64,000 nucleotides of DNA from Dimorphilus gyrociliatus (Eukaryota > Animalia > Annelida): the NCBI GenBank assembly GCA_904063045.1, contig CAJFCJ010000003.1, forward strand, positions 1,054,001 to 1,118,000, written 5' to 3'. The position numbers and the translations under genes were made by a program. The notes under the pieces were generated by a model. The model was not told the DNA's origin. It was given only the letters and a program-made list of their open reading frames with translations, and made no database searches. Shown here piece by piece: positions 13,320 to 27,700 of the stretch. The number at the start of each line of letters is the position of its first letter. Within the stretch, counting starts at the first letter, position 1.

Positions 13320-15950
13320 ATGAATTGCTGTTCAAATAAGGTGAATAAGATTTTTATTCTAATCTTAAATCAATTTATCTAATACGATTATTATCAGTAA
13401 ACTGCAAAAACTAGTAGCATTATCTTTGTCTTAATAAACATTAATATACCGCAAAAGAATTAACATTTTCATACTAAATAATATTGCAGGATATTCTAAT
13501 TTTCTCCTTATTCTTTTTTTATTTATTCTTTTTCTTCTCTTTCGTTAAATTTTTATGAGAGAAAAAAAATAAGACTTTTTTCTTTTTTTTTTAAAAAACA
13601 AAATTGTTCTCTTTCTTTTTATTCTTGAAAAACAAAATGAAAATCTTTTCTTAAGTAAAAAAGGAAGAAACAGTTTTTTAAAATAAAAAAAAGTGAAATA
13701 TATGCATTACCGGTTTTTTCATCTGTTGCCTTCCAAGTTTCTATTAACCAATGATGAAGTACCAAAAATTTATTATTGTTTGCAGTCGTCGATTGGCACT
13801 GCAAAAGGCGCGGCTTAATATTTAATGTTTTGAAGGTGCATATATACCATATAGTATGAACTGCTTTACGAAAACGGTAAATATTATAACTAAAATATCA
13901 ATATTTCAGTCTTGTTCATGTTTTTAATTCTATTGTTTTTTTTTATTTTCCATCCATAAGATTGTCTATTTTCTCCTCGTCCCCCCCCTTTTTTTTGCCT
14001 CTTGTCTTTCCATGACAATTTGTCAGTTTCTGTCTCTCATTCTCTGTTTGTGTCTGTCTGTCTCTCTTCTATTTCTTTAATGTCGAAGAAGAGAACTATG
14101 TAAGAATTCTCTTGCTTGTAGGATTATCCTTTTATTTACGTTTACGCCTTCATTGTTATAAATGAGGAGATATATTGCATATTGCCGTATATATATGTAC
14201 ATAGTCGAACTGGCTTTAGTATGAACTACTTTATGAGTGTAAAGCGAAAAAAAAATAAGATTTGATTATTGCGGATTAAATCGAATATAGAAATATAAGG
14301 ATATGCCCTCTAAAATTGATTCATAGCCGAGATTCATTGCCAAGTAAAATTATTATATAGAAAATATATAGCACAGTATACGGTATACATTTATACAAGA
14401 GACTGCTGATGCGTCATCAATTCCTCTACACCGTCGATCAGTACGAGATTATGGATTGTCTGATTTTTTTCTTATATATCTGTAACAAATGACACCTTTA
14501 TACCTATTTATTCCGTTCCCAATTTATCCTTTATTCGTCATCATTTTTAACGTGCGGTTCTTTGCTTCTTTTTTTTCCTATCATCATATTTTTTTAAGAC
14601 GGAAAAAATATTCTTTTTTTTTTCAACTATTGTTCTATTGTTCTAATTCTCCAGCTTAAACCTCATCTATATTCCCAATATATATATTTCCTCTTTATCC
14701 GCCCCTTTTTGCCCCTGTTTCACACCTCTCCTTCTATTTCTTCTCTCTCTCATTTCTTTATTTCTTACTCTGCCGCCCACCCTCTCTACCCCTCAATAAA
14801 TCCGACCTTTCATCGCCTACTTTTCTTATCCTAGCCCTACAGTAACCCTTCTACTGCTCAACTCTTTCGAATCTTATTTTCTCCTCTAGGCCTAAATACG
14901 CTATTTTATTGTTAGAAAGAATAGATTTAGCTTCCTCCTCTATCCCTCTATCCCATTGTCTATTTATTACAAAACCTAAGGGTGTGATGTGTACTCTACG
15001 ACGCTTATCGATTAATTATACTCATATTAAGAATAGTTTGACAGAATTAACAAGGAAAATCTTTAATATGTCTTAGTGAAGGAATACAATAAATATTTAA
15101 GAGAAACGTATAGAAAGATAAAATAACAAGGAAATTGAAACCTTTTTCGTGGTTAATAAAGAGAAAAAAAAGAATGACACGAGCAAGAAATTGAAAAAAT
15201 GAACAATTAATAAAATGTCTTGATAGTATAGCACTAAAATAGCCTGATATTAGGTTTGCGTATTTACAGTAGAGTATATAGACTATATACGTGTATGTGT
15301 ACTGCATATCGAGTATACTGAATGTAAAATAATTGTTACTCATTTTTGTTATCATCAACGCTATCATCTGGTCTATATTATTTAGAGTAGAGAACTTTTT
15401 GTAATCTTTAATTTAATAAAAGAAGGAATAGAAAGGAAGAAAAAAAGACGGGGTGAAGGTAACAGAAAAAGACAGATAAAGAGAGAGAGAGAGTAGAAGC
15501 AAGATAAAAAGAAAGAAATGGAAAGATACAAAAACACGCCACCTGCCTTTTATTTTTGTAAATACTTTTCAAAACAAGTCAAAAATTTTCAATGGCAAAT
15601 TAAGACATAAAAGAAATTAACAAAGAAATAGAAAGGAAAAGTAAAAATATAAGAATAATAGTATTATAAAGTTTTATAACATTTGAATATATATCCTTAT
15701 ATATACAACTTGACAAGAGATAATAAGCTATATAAAATATCTTTCCGCTGTCTTATTGATTTCTTCGTAATTTTCTAGGCGGAAGCGAATTAAACGCTTT
15801 CGACGTTTGTCATTAAACTGGGACAATGATAAAATAAAAATGAGAAACATTCCAGATAGAGTGCCAGAGCAAACGGCAACTTTGTTTTCTTTTCCTTATT
15901 TTATGTATATAGTATTATTGTAAAGAAAATATCCTTATACTGTATATACA

Positions 15951-15985
<35 letters not shown>

Positions 15986-16997
15986 AAAATAGTTCAACTG
16001 CAAGGTTTGTTTTATGACAAATTCAAATAGGTTCTAATGAGCGAATATACCTAGATTTTCTTAATAATTGAATTGAATCGTAATTGGTAAATCTCCCTTG
16101 TGAGATAAATTTTTACAATTCCACTTGTTGATGATATAATTGGATTTGTTTTTAATAATAATATCCATATACTATTTACTTAATCATATAATTAATTTTT
16201 TCCTTTCTATTGATATAACCAGATCGTTAATAAGTTAATAAATTATTATTAATATTTTGCGTTGTTAGTATTTCTAAACGCCTGTTTAAGATGACAAATG
16301 TATAGATAGATTGATAGATATATACTGTATACTGTATATACTGTTATATGTACCAAGTCGGTGAGTTATTAAGATTATTAGGTACAGAGTAAACGTACAT
16401 AAGTGTACAGAAAATGGGAAAAATTTATATAAATTATCTTTCATAAACCTTAATCTTCTGTATAAAGATATATATGTATCTTTAAAAAAAAAGAAAAAAA
16501 AACTAATATAAATTTATTATTATCCAGTTCGTGTTTAGTACTTAGGTATTATCCTTCTTTCATTTTCTCTCTCTCTCTCTCTCTCTCTTTTAATGCGTAA
16601 TATATTGTATAAATCACTATGTCCACAGTATATATATGTATACATTTTTATATACAGTATACGTTGAAATATTATTTGAATGAATTATTACAAGAAATTG
16701 AATTATAGGCCTATGAGTAGAAGAAAAATATTCATAATAAATATTGAAACTTCCTTAAAAAATACAAGTAATTTCCTGTATATTGTAAAATATACATTTT
16801 GATAAACTTAACAGAAAGAATGAAGGAAAAGTAGAAAGTTTAGTTGTTTTTTTAAATTATATAATTTAATGTCTCATTTGCATAATATTTATATATAATA
16901 ACTTTATTATATAACATAAAATGTCAGTTTTTGTCCCTTTATCTATTTATTCTTTTTTTTTCTTATTTTATTTTACACATAAACACACACGTATTCC

Positions 16998-17030
<33 letters not shown>

Positions 17031-17417
17031 TTCTTTCTCCCTTTTCGACTTCTTTCCATCTCTGTCCATTGTATTTTGTACCGATTTTTTTAGTAATATA
17101 TTACATAAAAAACAGTTCATTAATCATTTCAAAAATCGTTTTCCCTTTTTACTGCTTGTGTTAACATTTACATGCACTTGTTAGGTGAAATAGGCTGAAT
17201 TTGTACTCGGTTTCGGACGTATTGTTTTTACAAACAATTGATTGGTTATATATACTTCTTACTGTCAACTTTATCTTTTACTGAAATATATATTAAGCCG
17301 TATTTCTGTTTCTTTAAGTTTATGTTTTTTTGTTATTATTTGTTCATACTAAAATAGATGTTTTTATTTTTGAGTACTCATCACCCCCTCCCCCTTTTCC
17401 GCCCCCTATCCTCCCTG

Positions 17418-17469
<52 letters not shown>

Positions 17470-18581
17470 TCTCTCTCTTTCTCCTTCTCTCTAAGGCTAA
17501 TCCTCTCGCTCTTTCTCTCCTCTAAAGCCTCCGAAGCTAATTGTTTCTCTATTGCGTATGCAGTAATATTCTTTTTACTCCACTTCTCCCTACACTTTCT
17601 TTAGTTAATTCTCTAATCATGATAAAACCAATAAGTTCAATATAAGTTCAAGTTGTCCCTTATGTAAACGCATACTTTATACCTAAGATAGTTTAATTTT
17701 AATTTTAATAATGGAGTTTTATAGTTACTTTCATAAAATTACATATTGCTATTCTCTATACAGAGAAACTTTGTCCCATATATTACTGAATAGATAAGTA
17801 TATAATCATGCTTAAAATAATCATTAAGCCCTATTTTTTTCTGTAATACGTCTGTATGATGCTTTTGAAAATTATCTATAGACGAGTAGACAATCATTCA
17901 CGTAGCTATTAATAGTAAAGGAGGAAAAAAACAGTAGAAAAGAGGAAACCTTTTTAATAAATCTTAAACGAAGTGAACCAAGTATAAAGTATTATTTTCT
18001 TCCTTTCGCCTCGTTTTTTTTAAAAGCCTTATTAAGATTCTCTCTTTTTCTATATATCAACTAATTATAAATGTAAATTGGGGAAAAGAGGAGGAGGAGG
18101 AGGGTCGAGGTCGATGTGAGAGAGGAAAGGAGAATAGTTTAGAAATTTATAATATGTTAAAATATTCTTTTTAAACAGCGCGTGTTTAATTTCATAGAAA
18201 GAATTTTTGGTTTTATTTAATTAATTACACCTACCAATTAAATGAAAAACAACTAGTAGAAGGTTATAAAAGGAAAAATATACAGTAGGTAATTAATACT
18301 AATAAATACCATAAACTTCGTGCCTCATAAGTTCAACGACCTATTCGTCTTTTCCAGAGCGCTTTATAGGCAAAGCTGTTAACAGAGAAAATGCTATAGC
18401 AAGAGAGAGAGAGAGAGAGAGATAATAGAAGCGTATAATTCCGTGTTTCATCTATTATATTGTTTATAATTATAAATTTATATCCTATCTTAAGTATATA
18501 AAAATGATTATAATATGACATAGATTAAAAGGGGGAGGGAAGGGAAAAGGGAGAAAAATAGAGAGAGAGAGAGAGAGAGGG

Positions 18582-18617
<36 letters not shown>

Positions 18618-21600
18618 GAGAGAGGAGAGATCGGTAAAAAGGGAAGAAAGTTATATAATATCAATTTTTTGTTATAGGAATATATGTTTGTTTTATTTTA
18701 TTCTGTCAAGGTCGTTAATTGTCTAGCGCGTACAAATCGTGAATAATTTATTGCAAATACATATACACAAATTAACATTAGCCGATATATATTTTTCTTT
18801 CTAATAGGCTGTGGCGCCATTTCGCAACCGTTTTTGTACGGATTCTCGTTTGGAAATGGACGATCTAATTGATAACATGAAATCAGCAAGCAGTAATGAA
18901 GTATACGACGTAAGTTAAGCGTTTTAATCTATTTATTAATTATTTAATGGTAGAGGGAAAAAAATTTTCTCTGTAGAAGAGAAAAGCCATTGACAAATTA
19001 TTCCATTCATTTGTTACATTCGAAGTATTACAACTGTTATTTAACAAACTGACAAATATTTGTCTATTTTTTTGTTATTATCATCATCCTTACTGAATAT
19101 ATAATATGGATAATATGAGTCAGTTTGTACTTCCTTGTTTTCTACTTGTTTATTTACTCAAGGCTAAGTAGTAATTAAAAGAAAGTAAATTAATTTGTAC
19201 AAATGCAGTATGCGTACTTGAAAAGGAAAGTAAGAAATATTTCGTAAACAATTAATATATTTATTTATTTTAATAATAGAATAGAAACACCTTAGAAATA
19301 ACAAAAAAACAATATCTGCTCCATGTTAGTTACATATCTTCGTCTATAAATTACATTATTACCGTTACGTATAATAGTAACATTAACCGGAAGTTACTGT
19401 TGCCATACTTTCCCCAAGTTCCTCCCTTGCACATTCATTATATGTCATATATATTATAATATACATTTCGTTTTATTTCCTTCTTTCGTATTTCAGTATC
19501 TTTCACCTCGCTAATTAAAATTAAATATAAAATATAATAATAATGAAGTTTGAGAAGAGGAAGATATAGTCCCTTTTCCAAATATCTTAATAAAAATCTC
19601 TCTTACTCTTAGCTTTTACTCTTTCGTCTCTTTCTCTATTTATCTCTGTCTATCTATGTATATACTGTATATCTACTTTATATATATTATATATTTCTTA
19701 ACTTTACTCTGTTAACTCTTTACCCTCTTTTCTTCATATTTCATTTAATTTATAGTCTAGGCCATTAATAAAGTCAACAAGTAATTTTAATTGAGTAAAT
19801 CGTATCTCTAATGAATTCTACTTCATAGTCGATATAGATCAATCAATTTATATTAAATGAAAAACAATTCTCTTACCAATATTTTCCCATAATAAACAAA
19901 CAATTATGATCAATAATTATAGAGAATGTTAAAAATCATGAATATTTATAAGAAATACTAGAACCAAAAACAGATAGTTTTGTTTTTGTTTTTATCTATC
20001 AGGCAGAAAATAGTTCCTTTAGATTATATTAATTCTTACTATCTATCTCTATACTTTTCTATATAAATCTCTCATATCTTATTTAATTATTTAATATCGA
20101 ACTAAAAAATTCACCTCTACCCACTGTCAGTCTTTATTGAGTCAATTAGAGTGACATCATGAAAAAACACCCGTTTATTTATTGTATACAAAATAGCTAA
20201 ATAGGAAATTGTAAAGCATTAGGGTTAGGTGAAAATAGAAAAGGATAGGGGGAGGAATACACGCTAAGTAGATATAAAAGTGAATAATAATTCATTTCTT
20301 TTTCATTCATATTTTTCTTCTCTTAGCATAACTAGTATAACTGTGTTGTTGTTTCTTCTTATTATTATTAATACTTTTAATAGACGAAGAAGTTGACGAT
20401 GCCATTGATTTTTATAAGAGAAAAAGCAAGGAACAATTATATATAGATATTTTATTTAAATATGCTTTTGTTTAATTCTCTTTTAAAAAGAAACATAAGA
20501 AAAAGAACAAATAAAAGAAAGAAAATTTTCTCTGTAAAGTTATTTATTCAACTTTTTTTTTTAGTTTTTTCAATTTTTCTTTCTTATTTACTTTACTAAT
20601 TTATTTTTTTTTTCTCTTTCTTCCAAACAGAATAATATTATAAACTTCCAAACGGGTCAGCATCAATGGTATCCAACGTCTCATGCTAGGCCTACTTACT
20701 GTAACGTCTGTAGAGAAGCGTTATCAGGCGTCACTTCTCATGGTTTATCATGCGAAAGTAAGTTGTTTTAGTATATTTTTCTACGTAGAAAATTAAAGAA
20801 ACTCTTTATCACAACCTTTAAAAAGTTGTTTGATAATATTTTAGTTGTTAGCAAGGTTCTTTCCGTGTCTTTTTTTTAATCACTTTTTCAGTTGAACGAA
20901 AGAGGAAAATTGTTAAATGTCTTTAAAAGGCTATTAGTAAGAAAAGTAATAGTAGCGATATTAGGATATAAATTTACTGAAAAAATTAAGATAACTATTA
21001 TTATTTTCATTTTTATATTCATAAAAAATTCATTGAATGACCAAAGGAAAAGCGGAAATAAAAACCATTCAAAAATCATTCAATATACTTTTTATAAAAA
21101 TTTAATAAAGCAATTTATGTAGCGAGAAAAATTATTATTCTGTTTTATTGATAATTGTTTACTACATAATATATATATATATATATATGTACAGTATATG
21201 TTTATTCGAATGATTACATAACTATGAGTAGAGTACGTGTTTTGTTAAAATAATAGCAGAGAGGTAGGAAAGAATGTATAAATTTTACATAAATATAAAC
21301 TTGAATGGCAGTTCAAAAAAACTTTAATTTATTATTATTTTGTTAATATAAACATAAATAAATAATTTATTTCTAATTGTTTTATAAAACTTTCTTTCTT
21401 AAAATTATGTTTTTTTCTGAAAAATGTCACTATCTACATTCTATTTTTCTTTAATTCTTTTTTAATTTTGATCTAAAAAAAGACACAAAAAATGGTAAAG
21501 GAAGAATTTTTTTTACCATGCGTGACAGTTTAATGATATGTACTTTTATTTTTTTCCGGCTTTTCACTTTTTCTCTCTCTCTCTCTCTCTCTGTCTATCT

Positions 21601-23072
21601 GATACAGCCTATATATACAGTATGTACAAGGGATGAGGAGTCCGTTTACAAATAAAATTAACAAAATGACTGAAAAGTATCTTTTACTTATTCTCTCATT
21701 GATTCCAATCGTCCATCCCCACCACATACATACAAATAAAGGAAACACCAGCCCACCCACCTATCTCCCTTCCTACCTTGTCCTTCAAAGAATAATAATT
21801 TATTAAAGTGTAAAAATACATGATATATGCCTTTATGTTTGTTTTTTTTTTCAATGGCAAATTTATTATTCGACCATGAAACAGTAAAATGATAGAGAAA
21901 ATTGAACGAATACATATATATGTATATATATATATATAGTATATATATGTATATTGACTAATATATATATTTTTTATGACTATTTCATGATAATAAAAAA
22001 TTATTTTTGTATATTTAGAAAAAAAAAGTAAATTACTTCTGTGGAAAACTGGAAAACACTCTTTTTTTTTCATATCTTATTTATATTATTTTCTTTTCTT
22101 TATGTTTTTTTTTTGGGATATTATTTCATATTTTAGATCATTTTGATGAAGAGCTAAGTTAGCATGCTATCCGATTAAAAACAAGAAATATCAATAGTCT
22201 TATAAAAAAAATAATATGTTAAACCAAGTAAGAATGAAGTAAAGGAGGCTTGCGTATATGTACATAAACATTGTCTATACGTATATGTTTATATGTGTAA
22301 GCAAGTAAGTAAAGTAAGTAAATCTTTGTATAATTTATCTAAACTAATATTTTTATTCATAAATGTAAGCTGAATAAAAGGAAGAGAGAGAAAGAGAGAG
22401 AAAGGGATAAAGTTAAATATCCATGTGCAGAGACGACTTAGTTACATATAATTCATATATATAACAATCTTACTCGATATTAAATGTTTTTCTCATAATA
22501 ATTAATTAACTACCTATATTTAAAAAATATTATTAATTATTTTTTAATAGGTCATTTCATTATTATAATACATTGTTCATATTTATTTACATATATATAT
22601 AATTATGCAGCTTAAGTTCTATACAAAGCTCTATAACATGCATCTAATACTCTACTAATTTCTCCTATTTCTGGTACAGTTTGCAAATTAAAAGTTCACA
22701 AAAGGTGCGCATCTAGGACGGAAGTGAATTGTAAGTGGACTACTTTAGCCTCGATTGGCTCTGAAATAATAGAAGACGAAGAAGGGGTAAATTTTTATAT
22801 AAATAGTTCAATTAATGGAAAATTAAATATATTTAATTTCATCATTTTAATTAAGTTATAAGAAATACTAAAATTAATAATTAAATAATGTAATGTATAT
22901 ACTCATCAATATAGTCAACTAGATTCTAACAATATTACAAGTTCTATCTAATGAGCTATAGTTCAAAAATGTAAAAGTAAACATCTTCGTACTCATTATA
23001 TAATGTAGTACTTAACAAACTGTAACTTGTATTTAATGTACGGTATATCTATATATATCTATTTATATACAG

Positions 23073-23103
<31 letters not shown>

Positions 23104-24746
23104 CATATAAAAAGTAAGTAAATAGTAACAAAGGAGCTAATGTCAAAGGCCATTTTTCATTGCCTTGTAAAGAGTTGTGTAATTTTCCATATTGCTCCAA
23201 ATATTACTTGTAACACTTTCTTCTTATCTTATCGTTATTAATAACAAAATAGGAATAGAAGAAAAAAATGAATAATTAAAGTCTGTTATTTATTACAAAA
23301 GTAGAGTATACAAGTAGAAAAAGTATTTATTCAAAGTATATTTATATAGTATTGAAGATAGGTTGAATTCAATATAAATTGCTTAGAAATAGTGAGCAAG
23401 TTATTAAAACTAAAGCAGTAACAAACAAAGAAAAAACTGGTTATAAAAGAGGAAAAATATTTTTCTCCACCTTTAGAAAGTTGAAATGCCTCATCAATGG
23501 CTTGAAGGAAATTTACCAGTCAGCGCCAAGTGTCTAGTTTGTGACAAACCTTGTGGTAGCGTCTTAAGGCTACAGGATTGTAAATGTATCTGGTGTAAAG
23601 CTACTGTTCATACAAATTGTAAAGGAAAATTGGATAAAGTGTGCAGTATGGGACCTTGTAGTCGTCTTATTCTACCACCTACAAATATATCAGCCGTCGA
23701 TTTGGATGAGATGTGCAAAGCGAGAAGCTCACCGAGATTGGTAGAACCTCTTCTTGTATTCGTTAATTCGAAGAGTGGTGATAATCAGGGAGTCAAAATG
23801 TATAGGAAATTCAAGCGTATTTTGAATCCAGCTCAAGTTTTTGATTTGATCCGATCAGGACCACATTGCGGGTTTGTATTATTGTTCTTTTGTTTCTTTT
23901 TTCATCAATTGCATTATCCTTTTTTTTCCTCGTTCCTTGATTTCGTTAAGATAAAACGACAAACAATAACAACAATAACGGCTCTTCGGTAATGGAGCTT
24001 TCTAAAATACAATCTAAAAATACCCATACAACCAATTTCGTTTTATACTATTAGTATTATTCAGTTTACCAGAGCGTCACTCTACTGACGGTCCATAGTA
24101 TTCTTTATTTAGCTGACCATTTACCAAAAATAGAAATAATTTTTTTTGACGTCTATACTAAGCAATGTTTGTCACCAGCCAACAGTATTATTCAGCTATG
24201 ATTAGTTGACTATAATCAGCCTATATATACACAATAAAATACAGCGAACGACTATTTACCTACATGTTAATTTCTACGGGTCACGGTCAAACTAATTTAT
24301 AACAACATTGCATTATGACTGTAGAAAAATTAATGAATTGACTTGAAAAACAATTTAATTAGCCAATCAACGATGAATTTTCATTAGTTATTGCAAAATA
24401 TAGATATTTGAAACATTTACACATTTAGAATCATGTTTAAATGTTATCTTTATAGAAAAGATAACTTTTTATTAGGCTATAAATTAAGTTAACTATATAG
24501 CAATACTATATATTTTAACTATATGTCTATAAATACAATGGTATTTATATATATTTGTATGTATGTAAATAGTTCTTTAGCAACACTCTTACTCCATCTC
24601 CTAACCTACTCGCAGTAAAAGATGACATTTTGACCCCTAAGGCATTTATTGCAAAGTATTAAGTTATGCATAGGAATATATAATATATTATATATATAAA
24701 TTTATATACTTTATATATACAGTATATAGGCATTATATATAATTTG

Positions 24747-24781
<35 letters not shown>

Positions 24782-27700
24782 AGAAAGTTATAAACTTGTG
24801 CCAAACTGGTAATTAAGGCTAAAAAAAGTCGCCTTTTTACAAACGTTATTTATAGATAATAGTTTTATTTGGCCTACAGCCATTTTTGTAAAAAACAAGA
24901 AAAAAAAGTTCTAAAAATAGTCGTCTTTTTTCCGTATATAGCCTATTCCTTTGGCCAAAATTATCCAATTCTATTCACATCTTCTCAGCTTTTTCCTCTA
25001 ATTAATCTATTATTTAGTGGTTATTTTTTTCCTGAATTTCATTGTCCAACTTTACAAATGAATAATAAGGCCTAAGTGACTGATTTAAGAGATGTATTCA
25101 TCAAGTATAGTGGATTATTCATTATTAATAATTAGGTAATGTCTTTTTCTTTACCTTTCAGCCTAAGACTCTTTCAAGATCTGCCTCATTTCCGAATTCT
25201 AGTCTGCGGAGGAGACGGTTCAATTGGCTGGGTTCTAAGAGAAATAGATAAAAAGGATTTGATAAACAAGTGTCAAGTCGGTGTTCTACCATTAGGCACT
25301 GGTAATGATTTGGCTAGGGTCCTAGGTTGGGGATCGGCTTTTGATGATGAAGCTCAACTAGCTGCCTTTTTAGAGAAATTAGATCACGCCCAAATAAAGA
25401 TGCTCGATCGATGGAGTATTCTAACGTACGAGGGTTTAATGCCTGATCCGAGAAAAGATTCCCTAACAGATGACGCAATAACTTTGTATGAAGATTCCGT
25501 CGCAGCTCATCTGACAAAAATTGTCCAATCAGATAATCATAAAACTGTAATAATGTCGGCCAAGGTCTTGTGCGCTACGGTCAAGGATTTTGTGGAAAGG
25601 ATAGCTGAAATTGAGGAAGAGGAAGAAGAGTCCTCTTCAAAGTGTGCTGCGCTTCAAGAGAAACTCGATTCTTTATTGAATACTCTTGAGGCGGAGAGTC
25701 GTGAGGTTAAGAGGGAAAAAGAGGACCTTATGGAGAAAGAGGAAGAAGTAAAGAGAAAAAAACTAATGAGTAGGGCGAATAGTCTAAAGAAAGCAGTTCG
25801 CGAACTTATCGAACATGCCGAAAAACGTGAGCTATATTTTCATTCTAAAATAATAGCGGATATCTTTGAAAATAACGGAATTAATTGCAAATTAAACATT
25901 TGCGCTTAGCTCTTCTTTTCTCCTAACCTTCTACTATCTCTCCCTCGCTACGCGCCCCTGCGCGTGTATGTATGAGACTGTGTGTGTGTGTGTGTGTGTG
26001 CATGTACGTATGCGAACGTGAGAGTATCTGTATAAAGCCCATCTATCTATCTCTCTCTCTCTTTATTCTCATTTCTTCCCACGCTCTTTTCTCCTTTCAA
26101 AATCTTATTTAGTGATGGCAAATTGGGTAGATAACTCATTAATACCTTATATTACTTTAAAAGGAAAGATTTTATACAGTAGCGCCATCTTTGAGTAACG
26201 TAAACTAAACCGACTTTGCAATAGAAAAACAAAAATAAGCAGTAAGAATAATTTAAATAATTTAGCAAATACTAAGAATCAAGTGCCTAGATGATATCCA
26301 GGCAATTTTCATCTTGTATATAAACAAATAATATCTAAATGAGACTATATTTCACATATAATGGGGATATAAATTCCAAATGAAATATTATTTTCGAAAA
26401 AGATAAAGAATGAAAAAAGAAATACTCAAATCAAAAACTAGGTCGTTGAGGCTATTTTCTTAGAAAAGGATAATAAAATTTCTAGCGCACGCACTCGGTA
26501 ATATCATGTTAATAAATATGCTATACTATACTACTTGTTAAAGAAATATTGAAGAAAAAATTTCCCTCTCTTATTTAATATAGGCCTAGATAAGCAAGAA
26601 GAAAAAGAAAAAGAAAAAAGGACAAATAATTATTCGTATATAGAATTTTAAAAGGGTTATTAAATTACAATTAATTTTTCTATAACATGATATATATGAA
26701 AGATTAGTTAATATACCGTATATTATATTTAAATTTGTTAAAAGGAGAATGAAGGATAGTAAAGTTTAAGTAAGAGAATGGGAATGGGAGACCATCTCTC
26801 CTATTTAAGGTTAGAGTATGTTTCTTTTACAAAAAAAAAAGAAAAAATAGAAACAACGGATTCTGTTTGAGATGAAAGTGAGAAGATTTAGAAGGGAAAG
26901 TGTCTATTCTCATTTCCTGGAAATGCCCAAGTGGAAATTATATAATTATAATTTTACTTATCCTTCACTTATACCCCTCTTCAGTCTACTCTTGCCACTT
27001 GTTATCAAAATTTTTTCTTCTTTTCCTATTCTTCCATCTCTTCACATCATCTTTTTATCCACTCTTTATGTTTTTTTTTTTTAATTATTAAATATTTATA
27101 GTAATCTTTAGGATAAAATAAGAAAAGAGAGAAAGAAAGGAAAAAGAAAGTAATTTTTTCCTTTCTTTCTTCCTTCCTTTTCCCCTATTTGCGCAAATGT
27201 TTTACAAATGTTTTTTGTTTGTAAGTTATTAGCTGAGATGTATGTTTTTCTATAATTAAAAAAGAAGTATTAGCTTTTAATATATACATATACTGTATAT
27301 ATATATATATATATCTATATTGCAGTTGTCGATGAGCAAAATGAAATAAATAATGAACCAATTTGTCGAAGTTCTGCTCCGTCACCACCTGCATTTCAAA
27401 TACTACCACCTTCTCCATCCCGTTCTACGATTGATTTTCAATCGAATAATCCCGAAAAATTGATCATGCCGGAAGGCAAACAATCGTTATCTGTACCGAT
27501 GAGCAAATGGCGTGTAGACTCTGATTCTTCATATACAGATAGTGACTACATGTCATCGGGAACTAGCAGCCCTTATAGATCTCCGTCTCATTCCGCTAGT
27601 GAGTCTTCCTATTTCTGTTTTATGGAATCATTTTTAGATAATGATCTTAAGAGTGTTATTACTTTTCGAAATGTATATGCCTGTCTTCTTTTTATAGCTT

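Noticed and set aside
15936-15955. CTGT-ATAT-ACAG resembling a bacterial LexA/SOS box
   Set aside because: Eukaryotic intron, wrong spacing, and explained by the TATACWGTATA repeat word.
20383-20450. Acceptor followed by a protein-like stretch ([13 protein letters not shown])
   Set aside because: No usable donor, and the phase is incompatible with the flanking DGK exons.
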